From: Candidatus Woesebacteria bacterium
GTDB lineage: Bacteria > Patescibacteriota > Microgenomatia > UBA8517
Reading direction: 5' to 3'
DNA length: 64,000 bases
NCBI GenBank assembly: GCA_016432365.1
Contig: CP066686.1
Location: forward strand, 554,319 to 618,318
The position numbers and the translations under genes were made by a program. Below are positions 27,596 to 37,254 of this stretch, piece by piece (within the stretch, counting starts at the first letter, position 1; each line of letters begins with the position of its first letter). The notes under the pieces were generated by a model, which saw nothing but the letters and a program-made list of their open reading frames with translations, had not been told where the DNA came from and did no database searches.

Positions 27596-29368
27596 ATGTG
27601 TGGAATTTTTGGTTATATTGGAAAACGTACCGATTCTGCAAAAATAGTTTTTGACGGATTAAAAAGTCTTGAATACCGTGGCTATGATTCATGGGGTGTT
27701 GCCGTACTGTCTAAGTCCAGTTTAAAAATTTTTACTAAAAAGGCTGCAGGAAAAATAGGAAATAATAATGTAAATGCGTTGCCCGACGGAAATATCGCAA
27801 TCGGACACACAAGATGGGCTACACATGGCGGCGTCACAGATACAAATTCACATCCACATTCTGACTGCTCGGGAAATATTTCAATAATTCATAATGGAAT
27901 TTTCGAAAATTACGAAGATTATAAAAAGAAACTAGTCCAAAAAGGTCACAAATTTATATCAGAAACCGACACGGAAGTTATCTCACATTTGGTAGAAGAC
28001 TTCAGCAAAAAGTTGACCTTCTCTGATTCAGTTAAAAAAACCTTCAATTTGATGACCGGGCTTAACGCAATAATTGCAGTAAAGCTGATTGAAGACCGTA
28101 TTGTCGCGATAAGAAACGGCTCTCCTCTTGTTGTGGGTTTTGGACAGGATGAGAATTTTTTGGCAAGCGACGCTTCAGCATTACTCCCGTTTACAAAAGA
28201 TGTTTATTTCTTGGAGGACGATGAAATGGTAATTTTGGAAAGGGGTAAAGTAAGAGTTTCAAATGTAAAAACCGGTAAAATTGTGAGATTCAAAAAACAA
28301 AAGCTTAATTGGAATGTCGATCAGGGAGAAATGGGTAAATACTCAAGTTTTATGTTAAAGGAGATTAATGAACAGCCTAAAATTTTGAGAGAAATTGCAA
28401 TGAGTGCCGGCAAAAATGTCGAAAAGATTTCAAAGATAATAAAAAAATCCCGCGGGTCGTATTTGGTGGGGTGTGGTTCGGCTTCCTATGCTGCGATGGC
28501 CGGGACATATTTATTTTCTAAGATTGCTGGACGCCATATAAATTTTGCTATTGGAAGTGAGTTCGGATACCACCTGGATTTTCTAAACAAAGACAGTTTG
28601 GTTATACCCATCTCCCAGTCCGGAGAGACAATAGATATTCTTGAATCAATGAAAAAGGCCAAGGAACGTGGAGCCGGGATTGTTTCGCTTGTTAATGTTC
28701 TGGGATCTTCTCTATACAGGATGTCTGATGAAAAAATTTTAATAGGGGCGGGGCCAGAAAAATCGGTTGCTTCGACAAAAGCACTTACGGGAATGATTGC
28801 CCATTTGGTTTTGCTTTCATTTTCGTTAGACGGCGGAGTCAAAAAAGGTAAAAAAGCTTTATTGGAGGCGGCTAATTCTATTAAAAAAATTCTTTCAGGT
28901 AAAGACTCCAAAAACATTAAAAAGTTAGCAGACATTATATGTGATAGTAAAAACATCTATGTGATTGGACGTGGACTCTCTTACCCAACAGCTCTTGAAA
29001 CAGCAATGAAAATTAAGGAAATTTCATATATCCACGCGGAAGGGTTGGCTGCGGGGGAACTTAAACACGGACCGTTGGCATTGGTAACAAAAGGAACTCC
29101 TTGTATTGCCTTTTTACCAAACGATGAAACATATGGTGCTAATCTTGCTGGGGCAATGGAGATGAAAGCGAGGGGGGGATTTGTAATAGGTATTTCATTT
29201 AAATCTCACGAGGTTTTTGATTATTATATTCAGGTAAAAGATGTGGGCATAGCCACAATGATTCCGAATATTGTTGTGGGTCAACTTTTAGCCTATTTTT
29301 TGACGATAAAAAAAGGATTGGATGTAGATAAGCCCCGCAATTTGGCAAAAAGTGTAACTGTTAAATAG
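27596..29368 (+). CDS. glmS: Glutamine--fructose-6-phosphate aminotransferase
   Basis: MCGIFG, LEYRGYDS, GHTRWATHG, HNG, ISQSGET, SVASTK, GELKHGP and DKPRNLAKSVTV motifs. Confidence 0.98.
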   Translation: MCGIFGYIGKRTDSAKIVFDGLKSLEYRGYDSWGVAVLSKSSLKIFTKKAAGKIGNNNVNALPDGNIAIGHTRWATHGGVTDTNSHPHSDCSGNISIIHNGIFENYEDYKKKLVQKGHKFISETDTEVISHLVEDFSKKLTFSDSVKKTFNLMTGLNAIIAVKLIEDRIVAIRNGSPLVVGFGQDENFLASDASALLPFTKDVYFLEDDEMVILERGKVRVSNVKTGKIVRFKKQKLNWNVDQGEMGKYSSFMLKEINEQPKILREIAMSAGKNVEKISKIIKKSRGSYLVGCGSASYAAMAGTYLFSKIAGRHINFAIGSEFGYHLDFLNKDSLVIPISQSGETIDILESMKKAKERGAGIVSLVNVLGSSLYRMSDEKILIGAGPEKSVASTKALTGMIAHLVLLSFSLDGGVKKGKKALLEAANSIKKILSGKDSKNIKKLADIICDSKNIYVIGRGLSYPTALETAMKIKEISYIHAEGLAAGELKHGPLALVTKGTPCIAFLPNDETYGANLAGAMEMKARGGFVIGISFKSHEVFDYYIQVKDVGIATMIPNIVVGQLLAYFLTIKKGLDVDKPRNLAKSVTVK

Positions 29369-29380
29369 CTGAGTAACTTA

Positions 29381-29438
29381 GGGACTAAGGGTCATTAACG
29401 AGGACTAAAAGTCTTAAGAAGGACTAAAAGTCATAAGA
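29381..29438. repeat. Three imperfect 19-20 bp tandem repeats (core GGACTAA..GTC)
   Basis: gggactaagggtcattaacg / aggactaaaagtcttaaga / aggactaaaagtcataaga. Confidence 0.7.
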
Positions 29439-29899
29439 AGGTGATTATCTTCAGTGGTTATTTTTGTAATGAACCCGAATTTTTCGTAAAGTTTTATTGC
29501 AAATTTGTTATCCCTTCTGGTGACAAGCCAAAATCCTTTTTGTTGAGACTCTAGATATTTATCGGATTTCATAAATTTTTCAAACGCGGCTCTCATAAGT
29601 TTTTCTGAATAACCCTGTCCCCTGGCTGGAGGATAAATTCTAATCGCAAACGTAAAAGGAAATTCTATTGCTTGTGGATTTGCTTTAAACGCAAACCAAG
29701 CTACGCCCAAAAGTTTTCCATTTTTATCACTTAATGTGTAAATATATTTACCCAACACCCATTTTTCAAAAGATTCCAGACTCTTAAATCTTTTGGCGTC
29801 ATGGGTGAATTTTCTGATCTGGGGATCGGACTTAGTGTAACTCAATAATTCCTGAACCTGATTTTTGGTTATTCCTAAAGAAACTATTTGGCCATGCAT
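29414..29899 (-). CDS. GNAT family N-acetyltransferase
   Basis: IRIYPPARGQGYSEKLM (motif A) and N..AIKLYEKFGF (motif B); start moved to the ATG at 29899. Confidence 0.88.
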   Translation of the reverse strand: MHGQIVSLGITKNQVQELLSYTKSDPQIRKFTHDAKRFKSLESFEKWVLGKYIYTLSDKNGKLLGVAWFAFKANPQAIEFPFTFAIRIYPPARGQGYSEKLMRAAFEKFMKSDKYLESQQKGFWLVTRRDNKFAIKLYEKFGFITKITTEDNHLLMTFSPS

Positions 29900-29918
29900 T
29901 TGGTATAATATACCACGA

Positions 29919-31952
29919 ATGGGGAAAATTATTGGTATTACCGATGACTCCAGAAAGGTTAAACCAGGCATGGTTTTTGTCGCGGTTAAGGGTAAGACAA
30001 CTGACGGGCATAACTATATTGAAGAAGCTCTAAAAAATGGTGCGGAACATGTTTTTGGAGAAATGAATTTTAAAAATTCAAAATATACTAAGGTATCGGA
30101 CTCGAGGCAAAAACTAGGTGATTTAGCATCAGAATTTTACGAAAATCCCTCAAAAAAACTGAAGATTATTGGTGTAACCGGTACAAAAGGTAAGACTACC
30201 ACAACACATATTATTTACCATATTTTAACCGCTTTGAAAAAAAAGGCGGGAATGGTTTCCTCGAATATGGCAAGGATTGGAAACAAAGAAGTCGATACGG
30301 GGTTCCATGTAACAAGCCCTGATGTAATTTCACTTCATAAATTTTTAAAAGAAATGGTAGATGCCGGGTGTGAATATGCTGTAATTGAGGTCAGTTCACA
30401 CGGAATAGACCAGAAAAGAATTGCCGGGGTCGATTTTGAAGTCGGAGTTTTGACCAATATTGCTCCTGAACATCTGGATTATCACAAAACCTTCAGAGAA
30501 TATAGACGGGTCAAAATGTCATTTGTTAACTCGTGTAAATTTAAGGTTATTGCACCCAAAGAAACTACTACAAATATTCTTCCCGGAAAATTCAACAATT
30601 TGAATGTTGATGTGGCCGTTGAAACCGTAACAAAACTTGGCTTTGATAGAAAAAAAGCGTTGGGAACTTTGGAATCTTTCGAATTACCAAAAGGAAGATT
30701 GGACGAAATCAAAAACAATTTAGGTTTTAGAATAGTAATCGACTTCGCTCACACACCCGACTCGTTGGAAGCAGTACTCACATATTTGAGATCGGAACGT
30801 AAAGGCAAGGGGAAATTGATTTCTGTATTCGGATGCGCCGGGGAAAGAGATATCAAAAAAAGATTCAAAATGGGTAAAGTTTCAGTTAAACTGGCGGATT
30901 TTTCGGTATTTACCGCTGAGGATCCAAGGAGTGAGGATGTAAATGATATTTTGGCCAAAATGGTTGAAGGAGCAAAATCAGTTGGAGGGATCGATGGGAA
31001 AAACTTTGTCAGAATTCCGCTTCGAGGAGAAGCGGTTGCATTCGCACTTTCTATCGCAAAAAAGGGCGATATCGTAGGGTTTTTTGGAAAAGGGCACGAA
31101 ACCAGTATGGCATATAGCGCGTGTGACGCTTCAAGCAATGCTTGTAAAAGATTTGAACATCCTTGGAGTGATAGAACCGAAATTGAAAATTATTTACATG
31201 GAACGCCTGATGTCTCGGCGGTAATTTTGGCGGCAGGAAAAGGAACAAGAATGAGATCTCAATATCCGAAAGTCATTCATGAAATTTGTGGACGTCCGAT
31301 GGTTTCGTACACACTTGAGAACTTAAGAAAGGCCGGAATAATAGATATCACCGCGGTTGTTTCGTTTAGAAAAAACCTTGTAATTAATAGAATTAAAGGT
31401 GCTGTAAAAATTGCGTACCAGAAAAATCCAAAAGGAGGAACCGCTGATGCCGCTAAAGCAGGTTTCAAGCTGATTTCTCCAAACACTAAAACCCTCTTAA
31501 TCATAAACGGAGACGACAGCGCGTTTTACACCCCGGAAACGATTAAAAAAATTTTAGAAATCCACACAGATAGAGAGCGGAAACTTACATTTGTATCTTT
31601 GATGAAAGAAAATCCAACAGGATTGGGCCGTGTTATACGTAGACCCGACGGTCTTATTGCAAAAATTGTTGAGGAGAAAGACGCAACTGATGCAGAAAGA
31701 AAAATTAACGAAGTCAATGACGGCCTTTATGTTTTTGATAAAAAATGGTTCTCTCGTAATATAGAAAAAGTTAAGAAAAGTGCTCAGGGGGAATATTACC
31801 TGGTAGATTTGATTAAGCTTGCGATAGACCAGGGAGATAGAATGGCTACTTATACTTTACCGAATGATGACGAATGGCAGGGGATTAATACTCCGGAACA
31901 ACTTGCGGAAGCAAATAGGAAGATGGACAAGAAACTAAAAGGACATAATTAA
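29919..31952 (+). CDS. murE: MurE ligase fused to a GlmU-type N-terminal uridyltransferase domain
   Basis: DSRKVKPG, GVTGTKGKTT, EVSSH, HLDYH, DFAHTPD, FGCAGERD and GKGHE; then VILAAGKGTRMRS..PKV.H, GTADA, NGD, IVEEKDA, GEYYL.D and GINT; no hexapeptide repeats. Confidence 0.92.
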   Translation: MGKIIGITDDSRKVKPGMVFVAVKGKTTDGHNYIEEALKNGAEHVFGEMNFKNSKYTKVSDSRQKLGDLASEFYENPSKKLKIIGVTGTKGKTTTTHIIYHILTALKKKAGMVSSNMARIGNKEVDTGFHVTSPDVISLHKFLKEMVDAGCEYAVIEVSSHGIDQKRIAGVDFEVGVLTNIAPEHLDYHKTFREYRRVKMSFVNSCKFKVIAPKETTTNILPGKFNNLNVDVAVETVTKLGFDRKKALGTLESFELPKGRLDEIKNNLGFRIVIDFAHTPDSLEAVLTYLRSERKGKGKLISVFGCAGERDIKKRFKMGKVSVKLADFSVFTAEDPRSEDVNDILAKMVEGAKSVGGIDGKNFVRIPLRGEAVAFALSIAKKGDIVGFFGKGHETSMAYSACDASSNACKRFEHPWSDRTEIENYLHGTPDVSAVILAAGKGTRMRSQYPKVIHEICGRPMVSYTLENLRKAGIIDITAVVSFRKNLVINRIKGAVKIAYQKNPKGGTADAAKAGFKLISPNTKTLLIINGDDSAFYTPETIKKILEIHTDRERKLTFVSLMKENPTGLGRVIRRPDGLIAKIVEEKDATDAERKINEVNDGLYVFDKKWFSRNIEKVKKSAQGEYYLVDLIKLAIDQGDRMATYTLPNDDEWQGINTPEQLAEANRKMDKKLKGHN

Positions 31953-31953
31953 A

Positions 31954-33018
31954 ATGGAATCAACAGATGACATGGTTGAAGAGTACTTAAATCAGCCTCC
32001 CGTCGATCGAGAACTATCGATAAGATCTATCCGTTTAAACGAGTCGACCGTTGATAGTGGTTTTGTTGAGATTCCCGTTTTACCTCAAAGACCGGCGGTA
32101 AAGCCAGGTGAAGAAGATGCGTTTTTACTAAATACAAAGAAAACATTAAGAGATTTGAATATTTCGGAAACCGAGACTGTTTCTACAGAAGTCATAACAA
32201 TCGGTTTCCAGGAAAATATACCCGACGAGGTACGGGGTCCAGACCGGAGTGGAGAACAGTCTCTGAAAATATATAGTTTTCTGTCTCCAGAAAAAGTTAG
32301 CAAGGAAGGTTTAAAGGATGGGGTTCCTTTAGTAATTTTTAGTCATGGCGGAAAGATACATTCAGAAGTGATTGCGTCGAGTGGATACCTTCCAATGCTT
32401 TATGAAGATAATCCAGATATGATTTTAATTGCTATGGATCACAGAGGATCCCAGTCTCACAAAGCAAAAGAGGATTACGGTTTGGATGACCGTGTGGCTG
32501 ATATCCTCATTGCTCTCAAGTACACCCAAGATAATTTGGTTAAAGAATATGCAGATAAAGGCATTAAGTGGAATGGTAACATTATAATAATTGGAGACAG
32601 TATGGGGGGTGAAGTAGCTACAGTGGTAGCTGAAAAAGTCGGCGCCGACGGCCTGGTTTTAACTGAGCCGGCAGCTTATTCGGTATTTGCACATCATGTA
32701 AAATTCGGTCAAAAAAGTGAACAGGAACCAGTGTTTGGTGGAGAAAAAGGGGTTATTAAAACTAAATCTCCGGAAGACTCTTACGCCTTTGATTCAATCA
32801 AAAAATATGCCAATGAGCCAAACTCAAAAATTTTGATGATAAAAATGAAAAATGACAAAATTGTGGGTAGCGTCCCTGATAAATATATCGAAAGTATAAA
32901 CGAGACAGATCCACAAAAAATCGAAGTCTTAGAAGTTGAGGGGGGTCACGGGTCTACAACACCTGAGGAGGTTAGGAAGATATCAGGTTTTGTAAAGAGT
33001 CTGAAAGGTAAAAAATGA
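31954..33018 (+). CDS. Alpha/beta hydrolase fold protein
   Basis: FSHGG, DHRG, GDSMGG nucleophile elbow, ND..V and GGHG motifs. Confidence 0.8.
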   Translation: MESTDDMVEEYLNQPPVDRELSIRSIRLNESTVDSGFVEIPVLPQRPAVKPGEEDAFLLNTKKTLRDLNISETETVSTEVITIGFQENIPDEVRGPDRSGEQSLKIYSFLSPEKVSKEGLKDGVPLVIFSHGGKIHSEVIASSGYLPMLYEDNPDMILIAMDHRGSQSHKAKEDYGLDDRVADILIALKYTQDNLVKEYADKGIKWNGNIIIIGDSMGGEVATVVAEKVGADGLVLTEPAAYSVFAHHVKFGQKSEQEPVFGGEKGVIKTKSPEDSYAFDSIKKYANEPNSKILMIKMKNDKIVGSVPDKYIESINETDPQKIEVLEVEGGHGSTTPEEVRKISGFVKSLKGKK

Positions 33019-35207
33019 CAAAAAAAATTCATTTCGTTGGAATTGGGGGGAGCGGGATTTCGGGTGTGGGCAAATTGGCCGAAAAAATGGGTTACGAAGT
33101 CACGGGATGTGATGTGGAATCTTCCACGGCATATGCAAAAAATATATTTCAAGGACACAGCCCTCAACATTTAGAAGATACTGATTTGGTCGTCGCTTCT
33201 CCAGCTTTATATTTCAACAAAGAAACAATAGATGAGATTGAGGCGGCCCGAAAAGATAGTAAATTAATGACATGGCAGGAGTTTTTAGGCAGAATTCTTT
33301 TAAAAGACAAAAAAATAATTTGTATTGCTGGAACTCATGGTAAGTCTACTACCACAGCAATGGTCGGAAAACTTCTTATTGATAATGGCCTCGATCCGAT
33401 TGTGATGGTCGGTGCGTTTGTCCCAGAGTGGGAAGGGAACTCAAGATTTGGGGAAGGTGAATATGCAGTGATTGAAGCAGACGAATTTAATAATAACTTT
33501 CTTAATTACTATCCGGATATTGCAATCGTAAATAACATAGAATTTGATCATCCCGATTTTTTTAAAAATGAAGGGGAAGTTAGAGAAAGTTTTAAAAAAT
33601 TTGTTGGTAATCTAAAGGGTGAAAAGTTGTTAATTACAGAGGGTGATAGTTTAGGAAAGAAATTCAATTTAAAAATTTTAGGCGAACACAACCAAAAAAA
33701 CGCTAATATGGTTTTTTTGTTAGGTAAGGCATTGGGAATAGATGAAGACAAGATTGTTACTTCGATCGAAAATTTTAAAGGGATTGGTAGGCGACTCGAA
33801 CTAATTGCGGATCGAGACGGGGTTAAGGTTTTTGATGATTATGCTCATCATCCGACAGCGATTAAGACAACGGTTGATGGGTTAAGGGAGGAATATCCCA
33901 AGGCAAAAATTTTAGCAATTGACGAGCCACACGGTTATAAAAGAACGAAAGCGCTTCTTGAAAATTATAAAGGTGTTTTTGATAGTGCAGACAAGGTCAT
34001 TATTGGCCCAATTTTTAAAGCAAGAGATGAAGTTGATCTATCCATTTCGCCGGAATCTGTTGCAAAAGCATCAGCTCATCGAGATATACAAACAGTCGGT
34101 AGTTTGGAAGAATTAATTAATAATTTAAAATTAATAATTAAAAATTTCGATATAGTTGTAGTTATGGGCGCAGGTAAAAGTTATTTGTGGGCCAGAGAAA
34201 TCGCCAGAATTTTACCAGTTAAATTTTCAGATATTACATCCTTTAAAATAGGTGGCAAGATAAAAAAATATTTTGAAGTAAGGACTAAGAACGAGATCGA
34301 TGAAGCTGTTAAATTTGCGAGTAATAACAATTTACCCATTTTTATTATCGGGGACGGAACAGATATTTTAGCATCAGATAAGGACTTTAATGGCATTGTT
34401 GTTAAATATGTAGGTAATAACATTGTTATCGATGATGATGGGAGTGCAACTGCCGAGGCTGGTGCGAATTGGGATAAATTTGTCGAGGAAGCTGTTACCC
34501 AGGGCTTTCAAGGTATTGAAAATTTATCCGGGATTCCCGGAACAGTCGGGGCAGCTCCGATTCAAAATATTGGGGCTTACGGATCGGAGTTAGATGATAG
34601 GTTCATAAGCCTTGAGGCATACGATTTAGAAAAAAGCAAGATAATTACTTTTTCTAAAAGCGATTGTAAATTTGGATACCGCGAAAGCATTTTCAAAAAA
34701 AGCAGCTATTGGCAGAAATTTGTGATTTTAAAAATAAAACTAAAGCTTATTAAAAATCAATTCGGAACGGCAAATTACGAATCATTAAAGAGATATATAA
34801 ATTCAAAAAAACCCACAATTCAAGAAATCCGTGATGCTGTATTAAAAGTGAGGTCCGAAAAATTAGAAAACCCAAAAGTAGTCGGAAATGCAGGTTCGTT
34901 TTTTAAGAACCCGATAGTTACTGCACAAGATAAAGAGAAGCTGGAAATAAAGTTACCCGGCATTAAAATTTTTCCATTTGGAGATAAATTTAAAATATCT
35001 GCTGGATGGTTGATTGAGTCGACAGGGTGGAAAGGTAAAGAATATAAAAACGCGGCGGTTTCTTCTAAACACGCGCTAATATTAATTAACAAAACTGGTA
35101 CAGCTACGGCAAAAGAGATCTACGATTTATCTGAGGAAATAATCAACGATGTCTCTAAAAAATTTGGGATTAAGCTAGAAAGAGAAGTTCAATTAATTAA
35201 TTTTTAA
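33015..35207 (+). CDS. murC: MurC-MurB fusion (UDP-MurNAc--L-Ala ligase plus UDP-GlcNAc-enolpyruvate reductase)
   Basis: HFVGIGGSG, AGTHGKSTT, EADE, DHPD and DDYAHHP; then TSFKIGG, IG.GT, GIPGTVGA.PIQNIGAYG, FGYRES.FK, NAGSFFKNP, KHAL and LEREV. Confidence 0.93.
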   Translation: MTKKIHFVGIGGSGISGVGKLAEKMGYEVTGCDVESSTAYAKNIFQGHSPQHLEDTDLVVASPALYFNKETIDEIEAARKDSKLMTWQEFLGRILLKDKKIICIAGTHGKSTTTAMVGKLLIDNGLDPIVMVGAFVPEWEGNSRFGEGEYAVIEADEFNNNFLNYYPDIAIVNNIEFDHPDFFKNEGEVRESFKKFVGNLKGEKLLITEGDSLGKKFNLKILGEHNQKNANMVFLLGKALGIDEDKIVTSIENFKGIGRRLELIADRDGVKVFDDYAHHPTAIKTTVDGLREEYPKAKILAIDEPHGYKRTKALLENYKGVFDSADKVIIGPIFKARDEVDLSISPESVAKASAHRDIQTVGSLEELINNLKLIIKNFDIVVVMGAGKSYLWAREIARILPVKFSDITSFKIGGKIKKYFEVRTKNEIDEAVKFASNNNLPIFIIGDGTDILASDKDFNGIVVKYVGNNIVIDDDGSATAEAGANWDKFVEEAVTQGFQGIENLSGIPGTVGAAPIQNIGAYGSELDDRFISLEAYDLEKSKIITFSKSDCKFGYRESIFKKSSYWQKFVILKIKLKLIKNQFGTANYESLKRYINSKKPTIQEIRDAVLKVRSEKLENPKVVGNAGSFFKNPIVTAQDKEKLEIKLPGIKIFPFGDKFKISAGWLIESTGWKGKEYKNAAVSSKHALILINKTGTATAKEIYDLSEEIINDVSKKFGIKLEREVQLINF

Positions 35208-35209
35208 AT

Positions 35210-36466
35210 ATGAACAAATATATAAACAAAAAAGTTGCAATTTTAGGATATGGGTTAGAGGGTCAGGATGCCGAGAAATATTTTATAAATCTTGGAATTA
35301 ATCCTACGATTTTGGACCAAAAAGACGATCCGAATTACCTAAACAATTTAAAAAGTTTTGATGTAATTGTTAGATCCCCGGGAGTTTATAGATATAAAAA
35401 AGAAATTGTTGATGCAGAAAAGTCCGGAGTTATTGTTACCAGTCCAATAAAAATTTTTTTTGACGAATGTCCGGGAAAAATAATTGGGGTTACCGGAACA
35501 AAAGGGAAAGGAACAACTTCAACATTAATTTACGAGATACTAAAAGCTGATGGACGCGATGTTTATCTCTCCGGAAATATTGGCAAACCCTACCTTGAGC
35601 TTTTGCCAAAATTAACAAAAGATAGTTTTGTGGTGATGGAGATGTCATCGTTTCAGTTGATAGATTTAGATAGAAGTCCAAATATTGCAGTTGTTCTTAA
35701 TATTACTTCAGACCACATGGACTGGCACAAAAACCAGGAAGAATATATTAATGCAAAGAAAAATATTGTTAGGTACCAAAAACAGAGAGACTATCTAATA
35801 GTCAACTCTGAATATAAAAGTTCAATAGATTTTGCAGATGAGACTAAAGCAAACATAATATATGTTTCGAAAAAATCGTTAGACAATAAGTTCAAAAATG
35901 GAACTACATTGAGAGGAGAACATAACCAAGAAAATATTGTAATGGCAGTTGAGGTTGCAAGAATATTAAATATAAACGAAGAAACAATAGAAAAAGTGGT
36001 TATAGGGTTTAAAGGACTTGAACACAGGCTTGAATACGTCAACGAAGTGGGTGGAATTAAATTTTATAACGACTCTTTTGCCACAGGCCCGCAACCCACA
36101 ATTGCAGCGGTTAATTCGTTTACAGAACCGGAAACATTAATATTGGGTGGTAGTGACAAAGGTCTAAACTACCAAGAATTGGGAGATGTTATTAATAAAA
36201 CAAAAAACATTAAAAACGTAGTTCTGATCGGCGTAACTGGTCCAATAATTAATAAATATCTTGATAGTAATTTACAATTTACAATTTACAATTTACAAAA
36301 ACCAAACATGGAGGAGATAGTTAAAAAAGCTTTCGACATTACTCCTAAGGGTGGAGTAGTTATACTTTCTCCGGCCTCGGCAAGCTTCGATATGTTTAAA
36401 AATTACAAAGACAGAGGAAATCAATTCAAAAAAGCTGTACAATCACTTCTCAATGAGCAAAAATAG
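35210..36466 (+). CDS. murD: UDP-MurNAc-L-Ala--D-glutamate ligase
   Basis: RSPG, GVTGTKGKGTT, GNIG, EMSSFQL, DHMDWH, HRLE, NDSFAT, GG.DKG and SPASASFDMF..Y..RG motifs. Confidence 0.96.
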   Translation: MNKYINKKVAILGYGLEGQDAEKYFINLGINPTILDQKDDPNYLNNLKSFDVIVRSPGVYRYKKEIVDAEKSGVIVTSPIKIFFDECPGKIIGVTGTKGKGTTSTLIYEILKADGRDVYLSGNIGKPYLELLPKLTKDSFVVMEMSSFQLIDLDRSPNIAVVLNITSDHMDWHKNQEEYINAKKNIVRYQKQRDYLIVNSEYKSSIDFADETKANIIYVSKKSLDNKFKNGTTLRGEHNQENIVMAVEVARILNINEETIEKVVIGFKGLEHRLEYVNEVGGIKFYNDSFATGPQPTIAAVNSFTEPETLILGGSDKGLNYQELGDVINKTKNIKNVVLIGVTGPIINKYLDSNLQFTIYNLQKPNMEEIVKKAFDITPKGGVVILSPASASFDMFKNYKDRGNQFKKAVQSLLNEQK

Positions 36467-37253
36467 TCCCATTGGAATTTTCGATTCAGGGCTCGGGGGG
36501 CTGACCGTTGCCAAACAAATTGTCAAACTTCTCCCTCGTGAGGATATTATCTATCTTGGAGACACCGCCAGAGTTCCGTATGGTCCGAGGAGTCCGGAGA
36601 TAATAAAAAGATTTTCCGAAGAAAATACACAGTTTTTGATTTCCAAAAAAGTTAAATGTATTGTAATCGCCTGCAACACATCTTCTGCGGTTGCCTCGGA
36701 TTATTTGAAAAGGAAATTTAGAAAGACTCCGATTTTTGAGGTTATTAATCCGGCGGCTAAAGAAGCAACAGGAATGGGTAATAAAATCGGAGTAATCGGA
36801 ACGAGAGCAACTATAGCGAGCCACGCTTACGAGAAAGATATTAATAAATATTCAAAATCAGCGAAAGTAATCTCATTGGCATGTCCCTTGTTTGTTCCGT
36901 TCATTGAAGAAGGTGAAATTAAAAGCGATGGTTTAAAAGAAGTTGCGCGGGAGTATCTTACAAAGTTAAAAATAAAAAAGATAGATACTCTGGTAATGGG
37001 TTGTACTCACTATCCAATTATCGGAAAACTTATTGCCAGGGAGGTAGATAATCATGTCAGAATTGTCGATCCTGGAAAATCAGTTGCCAAAGAAGTTTTT
37101 GATTTTTTATCTAAGAATAAAATGTTAAATGAGCAGAAAACCAGCGGAAAAAAGAATTTCTTCGTGACCGATTTGACCGAAAGATTCACAAAAGTCGCAG
37201 AAATGTTTCTAGGACAAAAAATAAAAGGAAAGATCCTGGAAGTTAATTTGTAG
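36453..37253 (+). CDS. murI: Glutamate racemase
   Basis: FDSG.GGLTV, PYG, IACNT and GCTHYP motifs. Confidence 0.97.
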   Translation: MSKNSPIGIFDSGLGGLTVAKQIVKLLPREDIIYLGDTARVPYGPRSPEIIKRFSEENTQFLISKKVKCIVIACNTSSAVASDYLKRKFRKTPIFEVINPAAKEATGMGNKIGVIGTRATIASHAYEKDINKYSKSAKVISLACPLFVPFIEEGEIKSDGLKEVAREYLTKLKIKKIDTLVMGCTHYPIIGKLIAREVDNHVRIVDPGKSVAKEVFDFLSKNKMLNEQKTSGKKNFFVTDLTERFTKVAEMFLGQKIKGKILEVNL

Positions 37254-37254
37254 A

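Noticed and set aside
29381-29438. Repeats as a mini CRISPR array
   Set aside because: Units are directly adjacent with no spacers
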